A DNA stretch of 63,648 nucleotides, filler included, from Thraustochytrium aureum (lineage: Eukaryota), in NCBI GenBank assembly GCA_012862495.1. It is 7 parts of 5 records of this genome, joined end to end, with 100 filler letters (N's around TTAATTAATTAA, not from the genome) between each part and the next. Parts side by side here need not be neighbours in the genome. Positions count along the whole stretch, not along the records: positions 1 to 21,512 come from BLSG01000197.1; 6 more parts are not named here. The stretch is one strand, 5' to 3'. The notes under the pieces are model-generated. The model ran no database searches. It saw only the letters and a list, made by a program, of their open reading frames with translations, and was not told where the DNA came from. Below, piece by piece: positions 1-10,044 of the stretch (positions are counted from its first letter, which is position 1; every line of letters starts with the position of its first letter). A program made the position numbers and the translations under genes.

Positions 1-17
1 CGGAGGCCGGCTCGGCG

Positions 18-2244
18 ATGGCATCGAGCACGATGGACGATGAGATGTCGCAGCGGCTCGTGGAACTCGAGTGGCGCTCTGCGCTGTGGGCATCCGGAAA
101 GGCGCGCCTCAGGAACGCGCGAGCTCAGCTTTGGCGGCAAGCCACATAGACGAGAGCAGCAGCGCCCAAGAGGACAGCGATGATGATGATGATGATGATG
201 ATGACGATGATGATGATGACGATGGCGAGGAGGACGAGGAGGAGCAGAGGGCAGAGAATGGCCGAGTAGGAGCTGGCCCCGGGGATCCGCCACGTGCCAG
301 GCTGGTGAGCGGACTAGGTGGGTTTGTCCTCTCGGACTCCGAGTTGCTGCTCGTGGAAAGCGCAGTGGACCTTGGCCGCCAGCTCATGGCGCGCAGCGCA
401 AGCTCGCGCGCCTCCTCTCGCGCCTCAGTGCCGCCGGCCCCCCCTGTATCCACGATTCCTGCGCCGCGGGCAACTCGCCTGAGGCCAAAAGATCTCGAGC
501 CTGGTGGGAGCCACGCCAAGGCGCTCGGCTCACAGCTTGCTTTTGTTGCCCATAGCTGCAGCCTGCAGCCCACGAACGCGTTCGTGGCGTTGGGAGCGGA
601 AACGCGCTGGCGACCAGCACTGGACCCAGAATTCGTTGCCGTTGCGGCAAACGGCCGCAGTGCTTCGTACATCGGCGCAGCGTCGTGCGGCGACGAAGTG
701 GAGCTTTTTACTGGGCGCGTCGTGGCCTCGGCTGCTATGCCGGTCTCCGCCCCTGTCTCCTACTTTGAGGTCGAGGTGAAAGCTGGCCAGCAGTTTGGCG
801 GGGCCGAGAGCGGAGACGAGGCAGCGACCGGCGTCCGCGTAGGCGCATGCTTTGCTTCCGAGATACGGCCTGCGACAGGGCAAACCGGCGGCGCCCCGCT
901 GGGGTCGCGGTGGGGCGGCTTTGCAATCGAAGGGGCGTCAGGGGCAATCTTTGCGTGCGGGCGCAAAGTGTATTCTGGGAGCGGGGAGGAGCTTGCCAAC
1001 CACGACCGAGTCGGCTGCGGCGTCGACCGCACGCAGCACACTGTTTTTTTCACGCTGAACGGTGTCAAGGTCCGCGACGTGGCAATTCCAAAGAGTGCAC
1101 AGGCGGAAGACCTCTACCCGAGCGTGACGTTCCGGTACCCGGGCGAGGCGTGCACAGCCTCTTTCGCTGGGCCGTTCGTGTTTGACATAGCCTCGCACGC
1201 GTCGATAATCAGCGGCAAGCGCGAGGCCGAGGTCTCGAATTTCCCAGCTCAGCCTCAGCTTGTGGCGCACCTTGTGCGAGAGTACCTCGAGTTCCACGGG
1301 TACAAGGACACGCTCGCGGCGTTTGAGCGAAGCGAGTCTGAGGGCGGAGGCACGAGGTGCGCGGAGGGGCTGCNNNNNNNNNNNNNNNNNNNNNNNNNNN
1401 NNNNNNNNNNNNNNNNNNNNNNNNNNNNNNNNNNNNNNNNNNNNNNNNNNNNNNNNNNNNNNNNNNNNNNNNNNNNNNNNNNNNNNNNNNNNNNNNNNNN
1501 NNNNNNNNNNNNNNNNNNNNNNNNNNNNNNNNNNNNNNNNNNNNNNNNNNNNNNNNNNNNNNNNNNNNNNNNNNNNNNNNNNNNNNNNNNNNNNNNNNNN
1601 NNNNNNNNNNNNNNNNNNNNNNNNNNNNNNTTCGCAAGCGCAGCATGCTGCGGCGGATGGTGATGGATCAACAGCCCCAGCGCGCCATTGATGCTATCAA
1701 GCGGTGGCTGCCGAGGTCGGCGCTGGCGCACGTTGAGGCGCACACCCCTGCGATGCTCGCGCTCTCGGAGCAGCAGTTCATCGAGCTGGTCCGCGAGGGG
1801 CGCGCTTCGGAAGCTGTGCTCTTTGCCCGCAGGAGCCTCCCGCCGTGCTCTGCGCGGCGCCTGATTGGCCTCGTCGCTTTCAAGGACGCCGCGAGTGGGC
1901 CGTTTGCAGAGTTTCTGAGCGAGCAGCGCAAGGAGATGGTGGCCGACATGGTCAACGAGGCCATCCTCTCCGTGCCTTGCACACGCTCGTGGGTCAGGGT
2001 CGTTGCGCCGCGCCAGGACTCGCCCTCTTCCAGCGATGCCGACTCATGCTACGAGGACGACGAGGACGAGGGCGCGCGCGAGGGCCTTGCAGCCGCGGCC
2101 TGCGAGATGGACGAGGCCGAAGTTGCTTCGTGCGCGCAGCAGGTTGCTCGTCCTCGGGCTGCCCTGGACACCGTCCTTGCGCAATTGGCCTTGGCGCGCG
2201 CGCATTTGGCCCAGAGCGACCCGCGCGTGGCCCGAAATCTCTAG
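18..2244 (+). CDS. RanBP9/RanBP10-like CTLH (GID) complex subunit: SPRY + LisH + CTLH + CRA; gap 1374-1630, probable 1-nt frameshift at ~71
   Basis: SPRY motifs (SYFEVEV, DRVGCGVD, VFFTLNG, LYPSV), LisH (LVREYLEFHGYKDTLAAF), CTLH/CRA after the gap (QQFIELVR, VADMVNEAIL). ATG at 18 reads MASSTMDDEMSQRLVELE and joins the ORF at 71 if one G is added. Confidence 0.85.
179..223 (+). repeat. (GAT)n microsatellite encoding poly-Asp
   Basis: Visible GAT/GAC run inside the first CDS. Confidence 0.9.
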
Positions 2245-2345
2245 CAAGCCACTGTGCCTCTTGTCGGGCTCGTTGTACAAAGTAAAAATAGTATCGTGGG
2301 GGCTCGCTCTTCATGTCAGGCGCGCGCTATCTATCTATTGCATGG

Positions 2346-2664
2346 TCACTCAGAAAGAGATTGCGGGCGGGGGCGCCGAGGCCTCCAGGGGTGCGTCTGC
2401 CCCGTCGCGCTTGGCGGCGCCTCGGGCTCTGCCACCCTCACGACGAGCCGGCTGATGATGCCCTCGCGGCCGCCCTGCGAGGGAACCTGAACGCGAACGT
2501 AGTCCTTGAACGCGCCGCCGAGGCCGTTCTCGAGGTCGCCCTCGACCAAGAGCACCTTGGCGCCCTTCGAGACGCTCAAGATGCCGAATCGCTTGATCGA
2601 GTCTTGTGTCTCGTCTACTGCGTGGTCTGCGACGAGGACGAGTTCGGCCGCCTCACGCCCAACG
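2346..2664 (-). CDS. 3' fragment of a protein with a probable SH3-like C-terminal domain; 5' part lies in the gap
   Basis: Translation ADHAVDE...LSVSKGAKVLLVE...DYVRVQV...GREGIISRLVV follows SH3 spacing (LSxxKG, GxxG) but is divergent. Confidence 0.45.
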
Positions 2665-3407
2665 NNNNNNNNNNNNNNNNNNNNNNNNNNNNNNNNNNNN
2701 NNNNNNNNNNNNNNNNNNNNNNNNNNNNNNNNNNNNNNNNNNNNNNNNNNNNNNNNNNNNNNNNNNNNNNNNNNNNNNNNNNNNNNNNNNNNNNNNNNNN
2801 NNNNNNNNNNNNNNNNNNNNNNNNNNNNNNNNNNNNNNNNNNNNNNNNNNNNNNNNNNNNNNNNNNNNNNNNNNNNNNNNNNNNNNNNNNNNNNNNNNNN
2901 NNNNNNNNNNNNNNNNNNNNNNNNNNNNNNNNNNNNNNNNNNNNNNNNNNNNNNNNNNNNNNNNNNNNNNNNNNNNNNNNNNNNNNNNNNNNNNNNNNNN
3001 NNNNNNNNNNNNNNNNNNNNNNNNNNNNNNNNNNNNNNNNNNNNNNNNNNNNNNNNNNNNNNNNNNNNNNNNNNNNNNNNNNNNNNNNNNNNNNNNNNNN
3101 NNNNNNNNNNNNNNNNNNNNNNNNNNNNNNNNNNNNNNNNNNNNNNNNNNNNNNNNNNNNNNNNNNNNNNNNNNNNNNNNNNNNNNNNNNNNNNNNNNNN
3201 NNNNNNNNNNNNNNNNNNNNNNNNNNNNNNNNNNNNNNNNNNNNNNNNNNNNNNNNNNNNNNNNNNNNNNNNNNNNNNNNNNNNNNNNNNNNNNNNNNNN
3301 NNNNNNNNNNNGAGCGCACGCGATCCGGCGGAGGACGCACAGGAGTTCAGAAGAACAGAGCAGTCGCGCAAGGAAGGAAGGGAGGGAGGGAGGACGCGCG
3401 GCCGCCA

Positions 3408-3610
3408 CGGACTGCAGCGTGGCCGACCTCGGACTGCGGCGTTGCCGACCTCGGACTGCGGCGCGGCCGACCTCGGACTGCGGCGTTGCCGACCTCGGAC
3501 TGCGGCGTGGCCGACCTCGGACTGCGGCGTTGCCGACCTCGGACTGCAGCGTGGCCGACCTCGGACTGCGGCGTTGCCGACCTCGGCTCGGACTGCAGCG
3601 TGGCCGGCCT
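3408..3610. repeat. 22-bp minisatellite, 8 contiguous units plus 1 further unit (CGGACTGC(A/G)GCG(T/C)(G/T)GCCGACCT)
   Basis: Units start every 22 nt from 3408 to 3562; a 5-nt CGGCT remnant precedes the last unit at 3589. Confidence 0.95.
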
Positions 3611-3625
3611 CGCGTTCGAGACAGG

Positions 3626-4875
3626 ATGGCGCCGCGAGGGGCTGGCGAAGCGCGGCCTGGTGAAGGAGCCGCGGTGACGAGGGCCGGCTGCGGCAAGGGC
3701 TCGACGGCGAAAAGGGTTGGCGTTGTGTTTAGCGAGGAGTTTTTGCTGCACAAAGCGCCTGCTGGGGGCCACGTGGAGCGGCCTGCTCGGCTCGAGACCA
3801 TCAAGCGCGCGCTTGAGCGCGCCGGGCGCTGGGACCCGCTCGAGCCGATAGTACCGAGAGCGGCCACGACGGCGGAACTGATGCTGGTCCACTCGAGGGC
3901 CTACGTGAGCAAGCTCGAGAAACTCGGCGCTGCCGGCGGCCAGGACCTAGCGGACGCGCTTGACAAGTGGAACGCAGACTGCGAGGACACGTACTTTAAT
4001 GAGCACACCGTGCGCGTGGCGCGCAACGCCGTCGGCGGCACGCTTGAAGCCGTGCGCGCAGTCGTCTCAAACAGGGTGCAGAGCGCGGTAGCGATCGTGC
4101 GGCCTCCAGGCCACCACGCCGAGCGTCACTGCTCGCAAGGGTTTTGCGTTTTCAATAACGTGGCCTTGGCCGCCAAGCACGCCGTCGAGACCCTCGGCCT
4201 GAAGCGGGTGCTGGTCGTCGACTGGGACGTGCACCATGGAAACGGAACCCAGAACGCCTTCATCGAGGACCCGCGCGTGATGTACTTCTCGGTGCACAGA
4301 CATGACTTTGGCAAGTTTTACCCGGCGCAGCACTCTGCCGGCCCACTAGCAGTTGGCAAGGGCGCCGCGGCAGGGACCAACATCAACGTTGCCTGGAATG
4401 GCAAGGGCATGGGCGACACAGAATACCTCGCAGCGTTCCGGAGCATCCTCTTGCCTGTGGCTGCAGAGTTCGACCCCGAGCTGGTGATCGTCTCGGCTGG
4501 CTTTGACGCTGCGCACGGGGATGCGATGGGCGAGTGCAACATCACGCCGATGGGCTACGCGGTGCTGACCGGGCTCTGCAACAAAACCTCGCTGGCGGAC
4601 GCATCGTGCTTGTCCTTGAAGGCGGGTACCACCTCCCGTCGCTGGGGTCCTCTGTCGCTGCCTGCGTTGGCCAGCTTTTGTCAGGCAGCAATCAAGGAAG
4701 CGAGACAGACCGCGCCGAGGATGTGCAGGTGGAAGCGTACCAAGCCAAAATTGCAGAGCTGCCCGTTCGGCAGGCCGCACAGGATGCGATTGACGAGACG
4801 CTCCGCGCACACGAAGCGTACTGGTCGTTTGCACCGGTTGCCCCCGCGGGGCCGACGGTGGTCGCAGCGGTCTAG
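3626..4875 (+). CDS. Class II (HDAC6/10-like) histone deacetylase, single catalytic domain; frameshift at ~4575
   Basis: HVERPARL, RPPGHHA, GFCVFNNVA, VDWDVHHGNGTQ, SAGFDA motifs; LVLEGGY continues in the shifted frame (ORF 4534-4875). Confidence 0.92.
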
Positions 4876-5155
4876 ACTAGACGAGCCGCCTCTCGCCGCT
4901 CTGCGGGGCCTGACGGCATTTGCGCTGATCGTCGCTCGTCTAGACTAGACTAGAAGAGCCGCCACTCGTCGCTCGGCAGGGCCGGGCGGCACTCTCGCCG
5001 AGCGGGGTAGCAGGGATGGATTAGATAGCCCGCGTCGTGAAAATGAATGTGAACAAACTGTGAACAAAGTCCGAGCAACTTGCTAGCAAACTACGTGGGC
5101 TACGTGTTGCTACGCTGGCCGCTGCTGTACACCTCGCGAGCCGGGCCGGGCTGGA

Positions 5156-5826
5156 TCATGGCGCCCCCTCTTTCAAAGTAAGCTCTGCGCCAAGCTCGCG
5201 TAGCCGAGCGACAAGCGCCGTCGAGCCAGGCCCACCTAGCGCGTCAAAGCACTTGCGCACCGCTCGGTCCTCGGTGGCATACCTGGACCACTCTTCGAAC
5301 GAGAGCTTGCCGTCTCGGTTGGAGTCGTAGAGCTGCATCCCCGCGTCCACCAACACCTTTCGAGCGCCTTAAAGTCCTCGTCGAAGGACGCTGGCAGATC
5401 AGGCTCGGAGCCTTTCACAATAGCCATAGCCATCGTCCGAAACTCGCGCTTCTTAATGAAGCCGCCGCCCTGCAGGTCAAACATGTTGAACAGCAGCCGA
5501 TGCTTCTCGTCGTCCTCGGCGCAGGTGAACACGTACACGGCGCACACAAACTGCTCAGAGTTGAGCCCTTCGGCGTCGCCACCTAGCACTTGGAACAGGC
5601 GCTGCGGCACGAGCTCGCCCAGCTCAAAAAACGGCTGCGACACGGCAAGCTTGCTCCTGAACACGTCCAGCGGAACGCGCTCGTCTTTGCCGTTGCCGTT
5701 TGCGCTCCGCACAGCGAGCTCGCGGAACAGGGCCTGTGCAGCTCCCACGCTGATCCCAAGCTTGCTTTGCAGGCCCTCGGCAGCTGCGGCGAACGCCACC
5801 ACCGGCTTTGAGGGCTTGGCACCCAT
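5156..5826 (-). CDS. Myristoylated EF-hand Ca2+-binding protein (calcineurin B/NCS-like); frameshift at ~5358
   Basis: N-terminal MGAKPS myristoylation-type start; EF-hands FNMFDLQGGGFIKKREF and YDSNRDGKLSFEEW in two adjacent frames. Confidence 0.8.
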
Positions 5827-6385
5827 CTCGGGCGTCCCGCCGGGATCGCAGGGGTTGGGCTCGCCCTGCTCTCCTTCCACTTGTGCCGAGCTCGTTGACC
5901 CGCGCCGGCTGCCGCGCCAGCGCCCCTAGCTCCTCTGCGGCTCCGGGGCCGCTTGCCGGATCGAGCGCTTCGCGGGCCCTCGCCAGGCGCCGTTGCGGCT
6001 CTGCTGGGGCGCAGGCATTCCCGCGCCNNNNNNNNNNNNNNNNNNNNNNNNNNNNNNNNNNNNNNNNNNNNNNNNNNNNNNNNNNNNNNNNNNNNNNNNN
6101 NNNNNNNNNNNNNNNNNNNNNNNNNNNNNNNNNNNNNNNNNNNNNNNNNNNNNNNNNNNNNNNNNNNNNNNNNNNNNNNNNNNNNNNNNNNNNNNNNNNN
6201 NNNNNNNNNNNNNNNNNNNNNNNNNNNNNNNNNNNNNNNNNNNNNNNNNNNNNNNNNNNNNNNNNNNNNNNNNNNNNNNNNNNNNNNNNNNNNNNNNNNN
6301 NNNNNNNNNNNNNNNNNNNNNNNNNNNNNNNNNNNNNNNNNNNNNNNNNNNNNNNNNNNNNNNNNNNNNNNNNNNNNNNNNNNNN

Positions 6386-7528
6386 CTAGATTGGTATGAT
6401 GTTCTTGAAGCCTTGCACAAAGTTGGCCAAGTTGCGAAGACCGCCGGTCAGCGAGTCCAAAACGGTTGCCGCTGCATCGCTCAATAGTTCCTTGCCCAAC
6501 TCCACAAAGCGGGAGAACTTGAACCCTGTGTTGATGACGAGTTTCCACTTTACTTCCGCGTCCTCGTTGGTCACAACCGCCTGAAACGGCAAATCCAAGA
6601 TGGTCCCCGAGTTGCAGCAGTCAAAGACGCAGTTCAGAACAGCGTCGCCTGGCAGCGGAAGGACAAGCTCGCGCAGAATCTCGTCGTCTGTCAACGTGAG
6701 GCCGTGCTCGATAAAGTCGAGCGGAACCAAGCACTCGTCCATGTGGTCCGCCTCGTCGTGGTTCTGGTCCAGGGTGCTCGTCCCGTGCCCAGAGTAGAAG
6801 AGAAAGCAGGACGCGTTCTCGGAAAGGTTGCTGCCGAGCCACCGCAGTCCAGCCCGTATGTTGTCTAGGGTGGGGATGTCGTCGCCGCCTTCGTCGAGCA
6901 ACAGGCGGAACTCTTCAATTCCGTGCTTTTCCAGGTACTTTTTCATTTCGAGTGCGTCTGCGATGCACCCGAACAGCTCGAGGTCCCCTGAGGCTTCATT
7001 TTGGCCAGTGTAGTTGATTCCTACGATTAAAGCCCGCTTTGTGGAGCTAGGGCCCGCGGCTGGGTTGATGACCTCAAACTTCTCCGTGGCCATGTCCAGC
7101 CTGCGCGAGGCGCTGAGCTGGGGGATTTGCCCCAGCTCATTCAACTCTAGCTTGCTGCGCACCCCCTCAATTATTTCCGTCCAAAGGAGTGCGGTCTTGC
7201 CCGCTGCAGTCTGCTCCTCGATGTGGCCGAGCATGCAAGACGTGAACGCACCACCTGGCGTGCCGCTCTTCGACTTGCGCAAGCCCCGCACGTCGCTGAG
7301 GCCCGCGGAGGTTTCAAAGTCGCGGCACCCGCTCATCATCATCACTTTGCTTGGAATTGTGATGCCTGCTTGTTCGACAAACCTGTCCTCCTCCTCCTGG
7401 CTGGTCGGCATCGACTGGTCGCCCGGTTGGGCATCCTCTTGCGGGAGCTGCTTGTCGAGCTGCTTGTCGCGCGCGTGTGCCTCTGCGTCGGCCGCCTGCT
7501 CAACTGCGGCGGGCTGCGGCTCCGCCAT
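6386..7528 (-). CDS. Metacaspase with p10 domain preceding p20 domain (type III arrangement)
   Basis: p10 motifs (MMSGCRDFETSA, GGAFTS, QIPQLS) come before p20 motifs (KRALIVGINY, GCIADA, YSGHG, DCCNSGT, LDLPF). Confidence 0.9.
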   Translation of the reverse strand: MAEPQPAAVEQAADAEAHARDKQLDKQLPQEDAQPGDQSMPTSQEEEDRFVEQAGITIPSKVMMMSGCRDFETSAGLSDVRGLRKSKSGTPGGAFTSCMLGHIEEQTAAGKTALLWTEIIEGVRSKLELNELGQIPQLSASRRLDMATEKFEVINPAAGPSSTKRALIVGINYTGQNEASGDLELFGCIADALEMKKYLEKHGIEEFRLLLDEGGDDIPTLDNIRAGLRWLGSNLSENASCFLFYSGHGTSTLDQNHDEADHMDECLVPLDFIEHGLTLTDDEILRELVLPLPGDAVLNCVFDCCNSGTILDLPFQAVVTNEDAEVKWKLVINTGFKFSRFVELGKELLSDAAATVLDSLTGGLRNLANFVQGFKNIIPI

Positions 7529-8800
7529 TGCGCTTGCGCGGTGCCTCGAGGCTTGCTCCCTTCGCACTCTTCGCTGGCCAGGCGCGTGGTCGTCGGCGGA
7601 AGGGGTCTGATGAGATGAACGAGAAGCCCACCCCGCCAAGAGGAAGTCCTGCTTCACAATCCGTATGCTATCGCGTACGAGTCCGCGCTGCACAAAAGCC
7701 GAGCAAGGTCCGCAAGAATTGCGACCCGCCTTGCAGTGCCCGCGCCGTTGAGCAGTTGGCCGTTCTTTCTTGATCAAGCAGCTATTGGTCAAGAGCGCCT
7801 CAGTTCAGGAGCGCCCCAGCTCGGGAACAGCCCATTTCCCTTGCTCTAATGCTATTGCGGCTGCCGAGTCTGCGCTCCCAGTCGCGCCATCGCGTCCCCA
7901 GCCAACTCACTCAAACGCCAGCGTACGCACGAGCGCAGCATTCCAACGGACAAAGCCCAGACGGACCTGAGTCCGATCAAACATCGCAGAACAGATAATT
8001 ATACCGCACACGGTGCACTCATTAGGTTGTTTTAGATAAAAAATACTGTGTCTGGTTTCACGAGCATCGAGCGTGAATACAGAGAACATTTGGAACAAGG
8101 AACAAAGGAGCAAGTCGTGCTGATCGTTTAGTCGGACTCAGGGCGGACNNNNNNNNNNNNNNNNNNNNNNNNNNNNNNNNNNNNNNNNNNNNNNNNNNNN
8201 NNNNNNNNNNNNNNNNNNNNNNNNNNNNNNNNNNNNNNNNNNNNNNNNNNNNNNNNNNNNNNNNNNNNNNNNNNNNNNNNNNNNNNNNNNNNNNNNNNNN
8301 NNNNNNNNNNNNNNNNNNNNNNNNNNNNNNNNNNNNNNNNNNNNNNNNNNNNNNNNNNNNNNNNNNNNNNNNNNNNNNNNNNNNNNNNNNNNNNNNNNNN
8401 NNNNNNNNNNNNNNNNNNNNNNNNNNNNNNNNNNNNNNNNNNNNNNNNNNNNNNNNNNNNNNNNNNNNNNNNNNNNNNNNNNNNNNNNNNNNNNNNNNNN
8501 NNNNNNNNNNNNNNNNNNNNNNNNNNNNNNNNNNNNNNNNNNNNNNNNNNNNNNNNNNNNNNNNNNNNNNNNNNNNNNNNNNNNNNNNNNNNNNNNNNNN
8601 NNNNNNNNNNNNNNNNNNNNNNNNNNNNNNNNNNNNNNNNNNNNNNNNNNNNNNNNNNNNNNNNNNNNNNNNNNNNNNNNNNNNNNNNNNNNNNNNNNNN
8701 NNNNNNNNNNNNNNNNNNNNNNNNNNNNNNNNNNNNNNNNNNNNNNNNNNNNNNNNNNNNNNNNNNNNNNNNNNNNNNNNNNNNNNNNNNNNNNNNNNNN

Positions 8801-9882
8801 TGGGCTGCTCTGTGCTGCGCAGGCCTGGGACGACGGGCGGGCGCACTGGCTGGCAGGCGGGGGCGCTGGACGAGATGTCGTCGCTTTTTCGCATCGCGCA
8901 AGACCTCCCCGCGGCGACGCAGCCGCTGCTTCTGTACGTTCTTCTCAACCTGTGCCTGATGACAGTCGAGATTGGGTATGGGCTCGTCGCCGGCTCGCTC
9001 GGCCTCGTATGCGACGGCGTGCACCTCGCGATTAACTGCTTTGGGATAGCCCTGAGCCTGGCCGCGCTCGAAGTCTCGAAGCAGCCGCCCACGCTTGCGT
9101 CCTGCTACGGGTACGAGCGCGTCCACGTTCTTGCGGCGTTCACCAACGCCGTGTTTCTCGCGTTCGTCTCACTCTTCTTGGTCGTCGAGGCCCTTCGGCG
9201 ATTTGGCGAAAAGCACGACGGCCACAGCGACCATGTCGTGTCCGTGGCCAGCGCGGGCCTGGTCGTCAATCTTTTGGGCCTCGCGCTCCTCGGCGTCAGC
9301 AGCCGCCGTCACCGGGAGGGCCTCAGCTCAAACCGCGCGGCCAAGAGGTTTTCGCTGGGCCCGTCGCTTGGCTCGCCTCAACACGCCGGGCTTTTGGACC
9401 ATGGTGCCCTTGGCGACGGTTCCAAAGTGACGCGCCACGCGCAAATGCTAAACTTGCAGAGTGTGCTTTTGCACGCCTCCTGTGACGTCTTCAACAGCGT
9501 TGGGGTGATCGTCAGCAGCCTTGTGGTGCGGTACAAGGGCTGGAGCGCCGCAGACCCGCTGATGGCGCTTGCGATTGCGGCGCTCATCGTTCGGTCGATC
9601 ATCCCCCTGCTCGGCACTTCGGGGCAGACGCTCCTCCAGGTGGCTCCTTTGGCGAGCCGAGCGGCGCTGGACACCGCCCTGCGCGAAATCTCGACGATTG
9701 TGGGCGTCCTCGAGTGCCATCACGAACACATTTGGACCTACTCGCCCAACGTTTTCGTGGCAACCTTGTCGATTCGAGTTCGCGAAACCGTCAACGAGAG
9801 CGACCTCTTGCTGCGCGTTCATGGCGTTTTGGGGTCCGCGGCACACCACATCACGGTGCAGGTGGTCAAAGACCACGTCTAG
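8801..9882 (+). CDS. Cation diffusion facilitator (CDF/ZnT) metal transporter; 5' end may lie in the gap (candidate ATG 8875)
   Basis: SLGLVCDGVH, YGYERVHVLAAFTNA, GLVVNLLG, LHASCD, ADPL, and C-terminal HEHIW...HITVQV. Confidence 0.9.
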
Positions 9883-10044
9883 TGGCCGGGGTGGCACAGC
9901 GAACTTTCAGAGCGCTGACCGAGCTCGAGCTCCAACTGTTTGGTTTTAAAATGAAAAAAAGCAACAACAACACAACAAGACCAACTTGCATTGTTCTTCG
10001 GAGACCACACGGGTTTCGAGGCAAAAAAGGCCGCCTTCAAGGCT

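Noticed and set aside
3408..3610. CRISPR array
   Set aside because: Units are contiguous with no unique spacers, there are no cas genes, and the context is eukaryotic.
4870..4975. CTAGA repeats and a short duplicated segment after the HDAC stop as a mobile-element footprint
   Set aside because: Only a short local duplication; no terminal inverted repeats or element body.
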